A stretch of 64,000 nucleotides of DNA. Source: an uncultured Thermoplasmata archaeon (GTDB lineage: Archaea > Thermoplasmatota > Thermoplasmata > Halarchaeoplasmatales > Halarchaeoplasmataceae). Made by a program: the position numbers and the translations under genes. Location: the NCBI GenBank assembly GCA_964394465.1, contig CAYMXS010000001.1, forward strand, positions 33,484 to 97,483, read 5' to 3'. Positions 16,762 to 24,796 of this stretch are shown here, in pieces (position 1 is the stretch's first letter; each line of letters starts with the position of its first letter). The notes beneath the pieces are model-generated. The model worked only from the letters and a program-made list of their open reading frames with translations. It was not told the DNA's origin and made no database searches.

Positions 16762-17399
16762 AAGAACTAGTGAGCCACATGGAACCCTTTGAACGATACA
16801 CGGAACGCTACGAGGATTGGTTCGAGAGGAACAGATCTGCGTATAAATCGGAGCTCAAAGCCGTTGATGAGTTGTTACCGGATGAAGGCGAAGCCCTAGA
16901 GGTGGGAGTCGGAACTGGCAGGTTCTCCGAACCTTTTTCAGTTGAACACGGCATAGACCCGTCTTTGAAGATGCTGAAGATAGCGAGGGAAAGGGGCATA
17001 AAGGTCGTGCAAGGTACGGGTGAAGAACTCCCCTTCGAAGGTGAAAGTTTCGATCGGGTTCTGATAGTCACCACGATATGCTTCTTTGAAGAACCAAAAA
17101 AGGCTCTAGAGGAAGCGAAAAGGGTCCTAAAGCCTGGCGGTGCCATCATCATCGGTTTTATAGACAGGGAAAGCCCTATAGGTAGAAGATACCAGGAGAA
17201 GAAGGAGGAGAACGTGTTCTACAGGGAAGCTGTATTTTTCTCTGCTCAGGAAGTCACGGAACTGCTTGAAGATGTAGGATTCAAGGATCTCTCTTATGTT
17301 CAAACTCTCTTCGGAGTAGAAACGAGGGAGGTCGAAGAACCGAAGAAGGGATGCGGCGAGGGCTCCTTCGTTGTAATCGGAGCTAAGAAATCCAGATGA
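16758..17399 (+). CDS. Class I SAM-dependent methyltransferase (UbiE/Methyltransf_11-like)
   Basis: 213 aa. LEVGVGTGRF is motif I and LKPGGAIIIGF is the post-II motif. It overlaps the preceding MTase by 4 nt. Confidence 0.75.
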   Translation: MKELVSHMEPFERYTERYEDWFERNRSAYKSELKAVDELLPDEGEALEVGVGTGRFSEPFSVEHGIDPSLKMLKIARERGIKVVQGTGEELPFEGESFDRVLIVTTICFFEEPKKALEEAKRVLKPGGAIIIGFIDRESPIGRRYQEKKEENVFYREAVFFSAQEVTELLEDVGFKDLSYVQTLFGVETREVEEPKKGCGEGSFVVIGAKKSR

Positions 17400-17404
17400 G
17401 GTAT

Positions 17405-17896
17405 TCAATCCTCGTCCACGAACCTTCCGTCGTCCTTCGTATGTGAAAGTTTCTGGACGTTCTCCTCCAGCCAGCCGAAGCTTTCGACCTCGTGCCTGTC
17501 GAAATCGGGCACGTAGGGTTTTATGTCCAGTAGAGGCGTTCCGTCCACTATATCCACGTTCTCGACGAAGAGCCTGTTCTTCTCTACCCTCTTCAGTCTT
17601 ACGGTCGAGATACCGACGGGGTTCGGACGGCTGGGCCCCCTCATGGCGAAGACGCCGTGCTCTTCTTCGTCCATGTACGGTTTTACCTCCAGTGGCGCCT
17701 TGGTGCTTCTATGAAAGTGGTAGATCAGTATTATATGTGAGAAGCCGTCCAGGTCTTTTAGACCTTCCGCATATTTGGAAAATATCTCGACCTCTCCTTC
17801 TACACCTTCAGCTCCCTTCGGTTGGATGGGCGTTCCCTCGGCTTCTTTGTTCGGCGTATGGATGACTCCTATGGATTCATATCTTATCTCGTCCAT
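17405..17896 (-). CDS. TrmO/TsaA (YaeB)-family tRNA methyltransferase-like protein
   Basis: 163 aa. IGVIHTP...DGFSHIILIYHFH...RPNPVGIS..DGTPLLDIKPYVP is the signature of the TsaA/YaeB family. Confidence 0.75.
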   Translation of the reverse strand: MDEIRYESIGVIHTPNKEAEGTPIQPKGAEGVEGEVEIFSKYAEGLKDLDGFSHIILIYHFHRSTKAPLEVKPYMDEEEHGVFAMRGPSRPNPVGISTVRLKRVEKNRLFVENVDIVDGTPLLDIKPYVPDFDRHEVESFGWLEENVQKLSHTKDDGRFVDED

Positions 17897-17920
17897 GTTT
17901 TCACCAACTGTACTGTCTCT

Positions 17921-19174
17921 TTAATCCTTTTCTCTCGTGGGGCTTCTGAGCAGTTCTATCTCGTCTTCAAAGAACTTGTCCAATGCCTTCTTGACCTTCT
18001 CTCCCTTCACGTGATATATGTCCACCAGATGGTCCCTCATGGTATGGAAAGAGATCTCCCCGATCTCTCTCGTGAAGAGGTAATCTATCTTCTCGTCTAT
18101 AAGCAGGTGGGAAGCGTTGAGCCCGGCTCTAACCTCTCTATCTTTGTACTCGTTCTCTATGACCTCGAAGCTCTCTACGCTGTCTCTTTCTTTGTCCACG
18201 GAGACCACGGCATAATATGGAGCTCTACCGAAATGGTCCGAGATGTTGGAATCTAGGCCCTTCTTCTCATCGATTGGTATGGCGATCCTGCTCCTGGACG
18301 TTTTATAGGGCTCTATGTGCGTTGTGAAATCATCCAGCCTGTCTATCTCCTCCTTCAGCTTGTTCTCTAGATTATCGGCCACCTCATGAGCCCTGTCGAC
18401 GTCCACGAACTTCCTCACCATGACGGTGGATTCGCCGAATATGAAGGGGCCGGATTTCCTCAGTTTAAGGTCCTTGAAGCCCTCTACACCCGAGATACTA
18501 CCTATGACACGGATCACTTCCTTCTCTATCTCCTCGCTAGGTGACTTGTCCATCAAGGCGTATATGCTGTCCCTGATCGATTCCACACCCACTTTCATTA
18601 TCAGGAGGGCTATAGCTATGGTGGTCAGACCCTCGACGTACTGTATCTGGTAGTAGCTTAAGATGACCCCTAAAAGGACCACAAGAGAGGACAAGACGTC
18701 CATCATGGATTCCTTAGAGTTTACTATGAGGGACTGGGAGTTCGTCACCTCTCCCATCTTCTTCTGGTACCTGGATATGAGGAAAGAAATTATGACCGAG
18801 GAAAGAGCGACCGAGACCGCGACGTAGGTGTGAGAGACCTGAGAGACCTCGAACAGTTTTGAATAGCCCTCTCTGATGAACTCGAAGGCCGCGTACATGA
18901 TGAAGAGAGAGACGAACAACGTTGCTATGGACTCCGCCTTGTAGTAGCCGTAAGGGAACTCCTTGTCCGGGTCTCTTCTAGATAGTTTAAGACCGAACCA
19001 GGAGGCGAATATGGGAAAGACGTCCGCCGCGGAGTGCAGGGCGTCCGTGATCAGTATGAGGTTTCCGGACAGAACGCCGGCTATCCACTTGGCTGCTGCT
19101 AAAACCACCGTGAGTATGGTCGTTGTTAGAGCCGCTCTCTCACCCTTCTTCAGCGTTTCATCTTTATCGGTCAT
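17921..19174 (-). CDS. Cation diffusion facilitator (CDF) transporter fused to a C-terminal NifX/NifB-like FeMo-cofactor-binding-type domain
   Basis: 417 aa. The N-terminal region has 6 TM helices with the CDF HSAADV motif. The cytoplasmic domain is followed by RIAIPIDEKKGLDSNISDHFGRAPYYAVVSVD..., which is the same domain family as the 804-1181 protein. Confidence 0.75.
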   Translation of the reverse strand: MTDKDETLKKGERAALTTTILTVVLAAAKWIAGVLSGNLILITDALHSAADVFPIFASWFGLKLSRRDPDKEFPYGYYKAESIATLFVSLFIMYAAFEFIREGYSKLFEVSQVSHTYVAVSVALSSVIISFLISRYQKKMGEVTNSQSLIVNSKESMMDVLSSLVVLLGVILSYYQIQYVEGLTTIAIALLIMKVGVESIRDSIYALMDKSPSEEIEKEVIRVIGSISGVEGFKDLKLRKSGPFIFGESTVMVRKFVDVDRAHEVADNLENKLKEEIDRLDDFTTHIEPYKTSRSRIAIPIDEKKGLDSNISDHFGRAPYYAVVSVDKERDSVESFEVIENEYKDREVRAGLNASHLLIDEKIDYLFTREIGEISFHTMRDHLVDIYHVKGEKVKKALDKFFEDEIELLRSPTREKD

Positions 19175-19183
19175 CTGTGAGGA

Positions 19184-19336
19184 TCACTCCCATCTGCCTA
19201 TCATCCTCGCTCCACACTCGGGACATCTGATGCTCGAGCAGGGCGTCCCTCTTCGGTGCTTCTCCTCGTGTCCACAGTTAGGGCATACACACGTTTCTGG
19301 CGGTCCGCCCTGCCCTCTTCTTTTTCTTCTTCTCAT
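19184..19336 (-). CDS. 50-aa arginine-rich zinc-ribbon peptide (MRRRKRRGQGGPPETCVCPNCGHEEKHRRGTPCSSIRCPECGARMIGRWE)
   Basis: Not in the ORF track because it is under 60 aa. I translated it by hand. It ends 10 nt upstream of the CDF gene on the same strand. It has CPxCGH...C...CPxCG spacing, and I recall this as a conserved small archaeal protein family. Confidence 0.5.
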   Translation of the reverse strand: MRRRKRRGQGGPPETCVCPNCGHEEKHRRGTPCSSIRCPECGARMIGRWE

Positions 19337-19474
19337 AGATATCCCGATGTTTTACACTTATGTGTAGTTATTATTAAATATTGAGATTTTGGCTCCTTGT
19401 TATAGATGTTAAAAAGATATACCTATCGTGTTACCTTTATCCAAAAACTTATTAATAACATCATTATCTAAGAC

Positions 19475-20188
19475 GTGTTACTCAAGCTGATCTATATGAC
19501 TCAGGAAGATGATCCGAGGACCGGTGTATGGAGACTTATAGAAGAAGATGACGTCGATTCTCTCTTGGATAAAGCTGCCCGACTTCACGGCCACTACTGT
19601 CCCGGTCTAGCGTTGGGAGTCAAGGCCGCCTTCGAAGCGGTGAAAGAGATGGGCCTCAAATCAGAGGGCATGGAAGACGTCCTGGCGATAGTCGAGACGA
19701 ACAACTGTTCGACGGACGGTATCCAGTTCGTCACGGGCTGTACCTTCGGTAATAACTCGCTGATCTTTAGAGACCTGGGCAAGACGGCCTTCACCCTGGC
19801 AAGAAGGGATGGAGAAGGTGTAAGGTTCGTGACAAGAAAGGATGCTGGAGAGAACTGGAACGGTGAATTCCCCGAGTATGAAAGGCTCTTCGAGAAGATA
19901 GTGAAAGAGAGGGAGGGCACTGAAGAGGACAAAGAAAGGTTCTCTCGATTGGCTAGAGAGGTCTCACACCATGTTGTCAACGTCCCCGCTGAGAAGTTGT
20001 TCAAAGTGGAGGATGTTATGAAGGAGATACCTGAATACGCGCCCATCCATGAAAGTTACGTTTGTGATAGGTGTGGAGAAAGCGTCATGGCGACCAGAAC
20101 CGTTGAGGAGGACGGTTCTGTTTACTGCCTCTCCTGTTCCAGCCAGGATTTTAACGAACTGACCGGCTACGGCATCGTGAGGGGTTAA
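19475..20188 (+). CDS. FmdE/FwdE-family protein (formylmethanofuran dehydrogenase subunit E-like domain with a C-terminal zinc ribbon)
   Basis: 237 aa. HGHYCPGLALG is the signature FwdE motif. The C-terminus has CDRCGE...CLSC. Confidence 0.75.
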   Translation: MLLKLIYMTQEDDPRTGVWRLIEEDDVDSLLDKAARLHGHYCPGLALGVKAAFEAVKEMGLKSEGMEDVLAIVETNNCSTDGIQFVTGCTFGNNSLIFRDLGKTAFTLARRDGEGVRFVTRKDAGENWNGEFPEYERLFEKIVKEREGTEEDKERFSRLAREVSHHVVNVPAEKLFKVEDVMKEIPEYAPIHESYVCDRCGESVMATRTVEEDGSVYCLSCSSQDFNELTGYGIVRG

Positions 20189-20191
20189 AAG

Positions 20192-21373
20192 ATGCATAGG
20201 AAGTTGACCTTTTTCGTTCTAGCATTGCTGACCATCTCTATACTAGGTAGTGCGTACTCCGTAAAGGGACAGGAAGAGACCAGAACGGTAACGGATATGC
20301 TGGGTAGAGAGGTAGAGATACCCAAAGAGATAGACGAGATCGTCGGTATAGAGGCGGGTGCGCTTCGCCTTCTCACCTATATGAACGCCACGGATATGGT
20401 CGTAGGCGTGGAGCAGTTCGAGAAGAGTGATAGTAACAGACCTTACATCATGGCCAACCCAGAGCTACAGGAGAAAGAAAGCATAGGGCCCCAGCACGGT
20501 GGAGACCCTGAATTGATAACGGCACAGCAGCCCGACGTCATCTTTTGGACCTATACCACAGTAGGAGAAGCCGACGACCTTCAACAGAAGACCGGCATAC
20601 CCGTTATAGGACTGAAGTACGGAGACCTAGACGATAAACGTAAAACGTTTTACGACGCCCTAGATATGATCGGAGACGTTCTTGAGAGGGAAGAGAGAGC
20701 TGAGGAGTTGAAGGACTTCTTCGATGGCACCATAAAAGACCTGAACGAGAGGACGAAGGACATACCTGAAGAGGAGAAACCCACCTGTTATGTAGGCGGC
20801 ATAGGTTTCAAGGGACCTCATGGGATCAAGTCCACGGAGCCGGATTACTCACCCTTCCAGTTCTTGAACGCCAGGAACGTTGCTAACGGCTTAAACATGG
20901 AGCACGCCATGGTGGACCCCGAGCAGATAATCCAGTGGGATCCAGAAGTTCTTTTCGTCGACGAGGGCGGCTACAAACTCGTCATGAGCGACCTGAAGAA
21001 CAGTTCAGAGTACAAACAGATAGACGCTATAAAGAACTCAGAAGTTTACGGTGTGCTGCCCTACAACTACTACACCGCTAACTACGGCACCATACTAGCG
21101 AACGCCTACTACATCGGTAGTGTGCTCTACCAGGAACAGTTCGAAGATATAGATATAGAGGAAAAAGCAGACCGTATATACGAGGAGTTGGTCGGAGAAG
21201 AGGTCTATAGTCAGATGAACGGATCATTTGGAGGCTATAAAGAATTGGATGCCGAGATAAATTCAGACGGTGATAGATCACTATCTCAGGGCTCATTTTA
21301 TCTTCCTTTAGCTGTAGTTGCCGCATCCTGCATCGTATCTATATCATACTACTGGAAGAGGAAAAGGAGATGA
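20192..21373 (+). CDS. ABC transporter substrate-binding protein, iron-siderophore/cobalamin (FecB/BtuF-like) type, membrane-anchored
   Basis: 393 aa with an N-terminal signal/TM and a class III PBP-like body. A C-terminal hydrophobic anchor is followed by RKRR. Confidence 0.75.
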   Translation: MHRKLTFFVLALLTISILGSAYSVKGQEETRTVTDMLGREVEIPKEIDEIVGIEAGALRLLTYMNATDMVVGVEQFEKSDSNRPYIMANPELQEKESIGPQHGGDPELITAQQPDVIFWTYTTVGEADDLQQKTGIPVIGLKYGDLDDKRKTFYDALDMIGDVLEREERAEELKDFFDGTIKDLNERTKDIPEEEKPTCYVGGIGFKGPHGIKSTEPDYSPFQFLNARNVANGLNMEHAMVDPEQIIQWDPEVLFVDEGGYKLVMSDLKNSSEYKQIDAIKNSEVYGVLPYNYYTANYGTILANAYYIGSVLYQEQFEDIDIEEKADRIYEELVGEEVYSQMNGSFGGYKELDAEINSDGDRSLSQGSFYLPLAVVAASCIVSISYYWKRKRR

Positions 21374-22437
21374 CGGAAGAAAAGACCCTCGGGAAAAGAT
21401 ACCAGGAATTCATCTCGAAGAAGATACTGTTCATCATCATATCGGCGCTGCTTCTCCTCTTGTTCCTCTTCATCTCGATAACGCTGGGTGCCTCTGACAT
21501 CACCTTGATGGACGCCTGTAGAGGCGTTTTAGGGCGGGGCGAAGATTGGAAGGTACAGATAATCTGGCAGATACGTATCCCTAGAGTTCTGTCGGCTGTA
21601 CTGGCCGGTTTGGGTCTGTCCATAGCCGGAGTGGCCATGCAGAGCATACTGAGGAATCCGTTGGGCTCACCCTTCACGCTGGGCGTCTCTCAAGCCGCCG
21701 CTTTTGGGGCCGCCTTCGCGGTCATAGTTCTAGGGGCTGGTTCGACCCAGAGTTCCGTTTCCGATGCGGTCATGCTCAACAATCCATACATCATAACCAT
21801 CTCGGCCTTCTTCTGGTCGCTTGTCTCTACCGTTGGCATACTTTTACTTTCGAAGATGAGGAACGCCACGCCCGAGACTTTGGTTCTGGCCGGTGTGGCC
21901 CTGGGCTCCCTCTTCAGCGCCGGCATGACCTCTTTAGAGTACTTCGCCAGCGACGTGGAACTCGCAGCTATAATATTCTGGACCTTTGGTGATCTGGGCA
22001 AAGCGTCTTGGAGAGACTTCGGCATAATGGTCGCGGTCATAGTTCCGGTCCTGCTTTACTTCGTCTGGAATAGCTGGGATTACAACGCTCTAGACAGCGG
22101 AGACGAGACGGCTAAAAGTCTTGGGGTAGATGTAGAAAAAACCAGGACCTACGGCATGTTATTAGCTTCTCTGTGCACCGCCGTGATCGTCTCCTTCTTC
22201 GGTATAATCGGCTTCGTGGGACTTGTGGTTCCACATATAGTAAGAAAGGTCATTGGAGGCGACGAACGGTTCCTTATACCAGCTTCCGCGGTTTTCGGAG
22301 GCGCTTTTCTTTTGGCTTCCGATACCGTGGCTAGGACCGTCCTTTCCCCGATAGTCTTACCCGTCGGGATCTTGACTTCCTTTTTGGGCGCTCCTCTGTT
22401 CATCTACTTATTGGTGAAAGGGAGGTCGTACTGGTGA
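21370..22437 (+). CDS. ABC transporter permease, FecCD/BtuC family
   Basis: 355 aa, polytopic, with the FecCD signature. It overlaps its neighbours by 4 nt. Confidence 0.85.
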   Translation: MTEEKTLGKRYQEFISKKILFIIISALLLLLFLFISITLGASDITLMDACRGVLGRGEDWKVQIIWQIRIPRVLSAVLAGLGLSIAGVAMQSILRNPLGSPFTLGVSQAAAFGAAFAVIVLGAGSTQSSVSDAVMLNNPYIITISAFFWSLVSTVGILLLSKMRNATPETLVLAGVALGSLFSAGMTSLEYFASDVELAAIIFWTFGDLGKASWRDFGIMVAVIVPVLLYFVWNSWDYNALDSGDETAKSLGVDVEKTRTYGMLLASLCTAVIVSFFGIIGFVGLVVPHIVRKVIGGDERFLIPASAVFGGAFLLASDTVARTVLSPIVLPVGILTSFLGAPLFIYLLVKGRSYW

Positions 22438-23213
22438 GACTGGAAGTTGACGGTCTAGACTTCAGTTACGATAAGGAAGAGAAGGTGCTGGAAGATATCG
22501 CGTTCTCTCTGGACGAGGGAAAGATACTGGCGATCATCGGTCCTAACGGTTCAGGCAAGACAACTCTTCTCAAGTGTATCGGCGATATACTCACTCCCGA
22601 CCGAGGAAATGTAAGGCTGGACGGTGAAGAACTTTGTGAGCTCGACCAGCAGGACCGTGCGAGAAAGATAGGCTACGTGCCCCAGGTGGAATCCAAAGGC
22701 TTCCCGTCCACCGTTTACGATACCATACTCATGGGAAGAAAGCCGTACATCTCTTGGAAGCCCAGTGAAAAAGACAGAAAGATCGTCTCCGATATAATAG
22801 ATATGCTGGATATTGAGCATCTTGCCATGAAGGAGATAAACGAGCTCTCTGGTGGACAAAGACAGAAGGTCTTCGTCGGCAGGGCTCTAGCTCAGCAGCC
22901 AGAGTTACTGCTCCTGGACGAGCCCACCAGCGACCTGGACTTGAAACACAAGCTGGAGGTCCTGAACATGATCAGACGAGAAGTGGATTCTGGACCTTCG
23001 GCCATACTAGCCATCCACGACCTGAACATGGCCGTCAGGTACAGCGACAAGATAGTCATGTTGAAGAACGGTAGGGTATATGATTCCGGAGGTCTAGATG
23101 TTATAACGCCCGAGAACATCGAATCGGTCTATGGGGTGAAGGTATACATAACTGAACATGAAGGTTGGCTCACAGTGACACCGGACAGGCCGGTGAGCGG
23201 TATAACCCTTTAA
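22434..23213 (+). CDS. ABC transporter ATP-binding protein (FepC/BtuD-like)
   Basis: 259 aa. GPNGSGKTT is Walker A, LSGGQRQKV is the ABC signature, and LLLDEPTSDLD is Walker B. Confidence 0.9.
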   Translation: MRLEVDGLDFSYDKEEKVLEDIAFSLDEGKILAIIGPNGSGKTTLLKCIGDILTPDRGNVRLDGEELCELDQQDRARKIGYVPQVESKGFPSTVYDTILMGRKPYISWKPSEKDRKIVSDIIDMLDIEHLAMKEINELSGGQRQKVFVGRALAQQPELLLLDEPTSDLDLKHKLEVLNMIRREVDSGPSAILAIHDLNMAVRYSDKIVMLKNGRVYDSGGLDVITPENIESVYGVKVYITEHEGWLTVTPDRPVSGITL

Positions 23214-23214
23214 G

Positions 23215-23964
23215 TCAATGTATCGAAGAGCCGCCGTTGACTCCGATTATCTCTCCGTTCACGTAGGAGCCCATGTCCGAAGCTAGATATAAAGCCGCTT
23301 CAGCTATGTCATCCGGCTCTCCCAACCTCCTGACCGGGATATTTTGTGCCCTTCTTTTTCTCTTCTCCTGGGAATAGCTGGAGATTATATCCGTATCTAT
23401 CGTACCAGGCGCTATGCCGTTGACGGTTATGCCTTCGGGGGCCAGCTCTAAAGCTAGAGCCCTAGTCAGTCCGAGAAGAGCGGCCTTGCTTATCACGTAG
23501 GCGGTCCCATGGTCGGAGCCTTTGAAGGCTAGTTGAGAGGACATGTTGATTATCCTCCCATGGCTCGATTCTTTCAGGTGTGGTAGTGACAGTTTGCTCA
23601 GCATGAAGGGACCTCTGGAGTTGACCTGCATCGTTCTGTCATAGTCTTCTATCGTGGAATCCTCTAGATCCTTCCTCCTGTAGATGCCGGCGTTGTTGAC
23701 AAGGATATCCAAACCGTTGAACTCTTCTGTGAATCTAGTGATCATCTCTCGGCAGTCCTCTTCTTTGCCCACGTCGCCCTGTAAGAGGATGCCTTCGCTC
23801 TTCTGGTTCACTTCTTTTAGCGTGTTGCTAGCCTTCTGTTCGTTGCTGTGGTAGTTTATTCCGACTTCAGCGCCTTTCTCCGCGAATTTAACGGCGATAG
23901 CTTTACCGATGCCTCTCGAGGCTCCAGTCACTATAGCCCTTCTATCCTCCAGCTTCCTCGACAT
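23215..23964 (-). CDS. Short-chain dehydrogenase/reductase (SDR; FabG-like)
   Basis: 249 aa. TGASRGIGKAIA is the cofactor-binding motif, NNAG is present, and YVISKAAL is the YxxxK catalytic motif. Confidence 0.85.
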   Translation of the reverse strand: MSRKLEDRRAIVTGASRGIGKAIAVKFAEKGAEVGINYHSNEQKASNTLKEVNQKSEGILLQGDVGKEEDCREMITRFTEEFNGLDILVNNAGIYRRKDLEDSTIEDYDRTMQVNSRGPFMLSKLSLPHLKESSHGRIINMSSQLAFKGSDHGTAYVISKAALLGLTRALALELAPEGITVNGIAPGTIDTDIISSYSQEKRKRRAQNIPVRRLGEPDDIAEAALYLASDMGSYVNGEIIGVNGGSSIH

Positions 23965-24154
23965 GTTTGAGGAATCCGATAGAGAGTAAATAAGTATTTT
24001 TCTTGAGGAAATTGTTAAATATGAAAAATATGTGTTGGTTGATGCTTGGCCTTGATTGGCTTAGGTTTCCTAATAAGAGCAAATGGCTATACGTTTGCTC
24101 CTACGGGGAATCAGAGATTCCCCTGAGTCGCAAGATTTCACTACGTTCAATTTT

Positions 24155-24229
24155 GCTCCCGTAGTGTAGTCCGGCCAATCATTTTGGCCTCTCGAGCCAA
24201 AGTCCCGGGTTCGAATCCCGGCGGGAGCA
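24155..24229 (+). tRNA. tRNA-Glu (anticodon CUC)
   Basis: 75 nt: GCTCCCG-TA-GTGTAGTCCGGCCAATCAT-TTGGC-CTCTCGA-GCCAA-AGT-CCCGG-GTTCGAAT-CCGGG... folds as a cloverleaf. The acceptor stem pairs GCTCCCG with CGGGAGC, and discriminator A is at 24229. The D-arm GUGUAGUCCGGCCAAUCAU is the archaeal tRNA-Glu form. The 7-nt anticodon loop has U33 and G37. No CCA is encoded. Confidence 0.85.
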
Positions 24230-24332
24230 TTTTTATGCGACCAGAGGGTTTCGAACTTTAGTTCGTGAACAAAATTTTTTGGTTAATTTTGTGAGCGTTT
24301 GGAATCATGAGTGAAACGAATGATTCTGAACA

Positions 24333-24354
24333 GAATCCCGGCGGGAGCATTTTT
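24333..24354 (+). repeat. Exact 22-nt duplicate of the tRNA-Glu 3' end plus flank (GAATCCCGGCGGGAGCATTTTT), 120 nt downstream of the tRNA
   Basis: Identical to 24213-24234. A third, partial copy GCGGGAGCATTTA is at 24407-24419. Confidence 0.8.
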
Positions 24355-24520
24355 CGTTTTTTCTAAAAATGCGACCCAATGGAAAAATCTTCAGTGATTT
24401 TCTGACGCGGGAGCATTTACACATTTCTGAGCCAAGTGAAGAAATTGTAAAAAGGAGGAATCTGTGATTCCTACGCATTTTTCGTTTTTTCTAAAAATGC
24501 GACCTAGTGGAAAAATCTTC
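24348..24520 (+). repeat. Two direct copies of a 45-nt hairpin-containing unit CATTTTTCGTTTTTTCTAAAAATGCGACC(C/T)A(A/G)TGGAAAAATCTTC, at 24348-24392 and 24476-24520
   Basis: 43 of 45 nt are identical. Each copy has an 8-bp inverted repeat GCATTTTT/AAAAATGC around a 10-nt loop. A loop-less shorter version GCATTTTTATGCGACC directly follows the tRNA at 24227-24242. Confidence 0.8.
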
Positions 24521-24597
24521 TGTTTTCTTCCAGCTCAAGAAGAACTCTAACCGCCAAAAATACCGATTTGAACTAAAGTAAAAAGAAAAAAGGGTTT

Positions 24598-24744
24598 TTA
24601 CTCGCTGCTTTTTATCCTGTAGACTCCGGTGCCACAGTTGGGGCACTCGCCCTTAACGGCGGGTCTTCCGTTCTTCATCTCGGTCTCTTCTGGATTCTTG
24701 ATCTCTACCTTCTCTCTGCATTTAACACAGTATGCTTTAGTCAT
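24598..24744 (-). CDS. 48-aa zinc-ribbon protein (MTKAYCVKCREKVEIKNPEETEMKNGRPAVKGECPNCGTGVYRIKSSE), DUF5679-like
   Basis: Under 60 aa, so absent from the ORF track. I translated it by hand. CxxC...CxxC spacing is present. It resembles a widespread small archaeal protein of the form MAKAYCVKCK...NGRPA.KG.CP.CGTKV.R. Confidence 0.5.
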   Translation of the reverse strand: MTKAYCVKCREKVEIKNPEETEMKNGRPAVKGECPNCGTGVYRIKSSE

Positions 24745-24796
24745 GTTCTCACTCACGGGAGCATTAAAAGAGGAGTATTAAAGGTTTACTTCGTAA

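Noticed and set aside
24230-24560. CRISPR array
   Set aside because: There are only two or three copies of the repeat. Spacing is irregular, no cas genes are nearby, and one repeat is simply the tRNA 3' end. It is better explained as an att-like scar or small RNA repeats.
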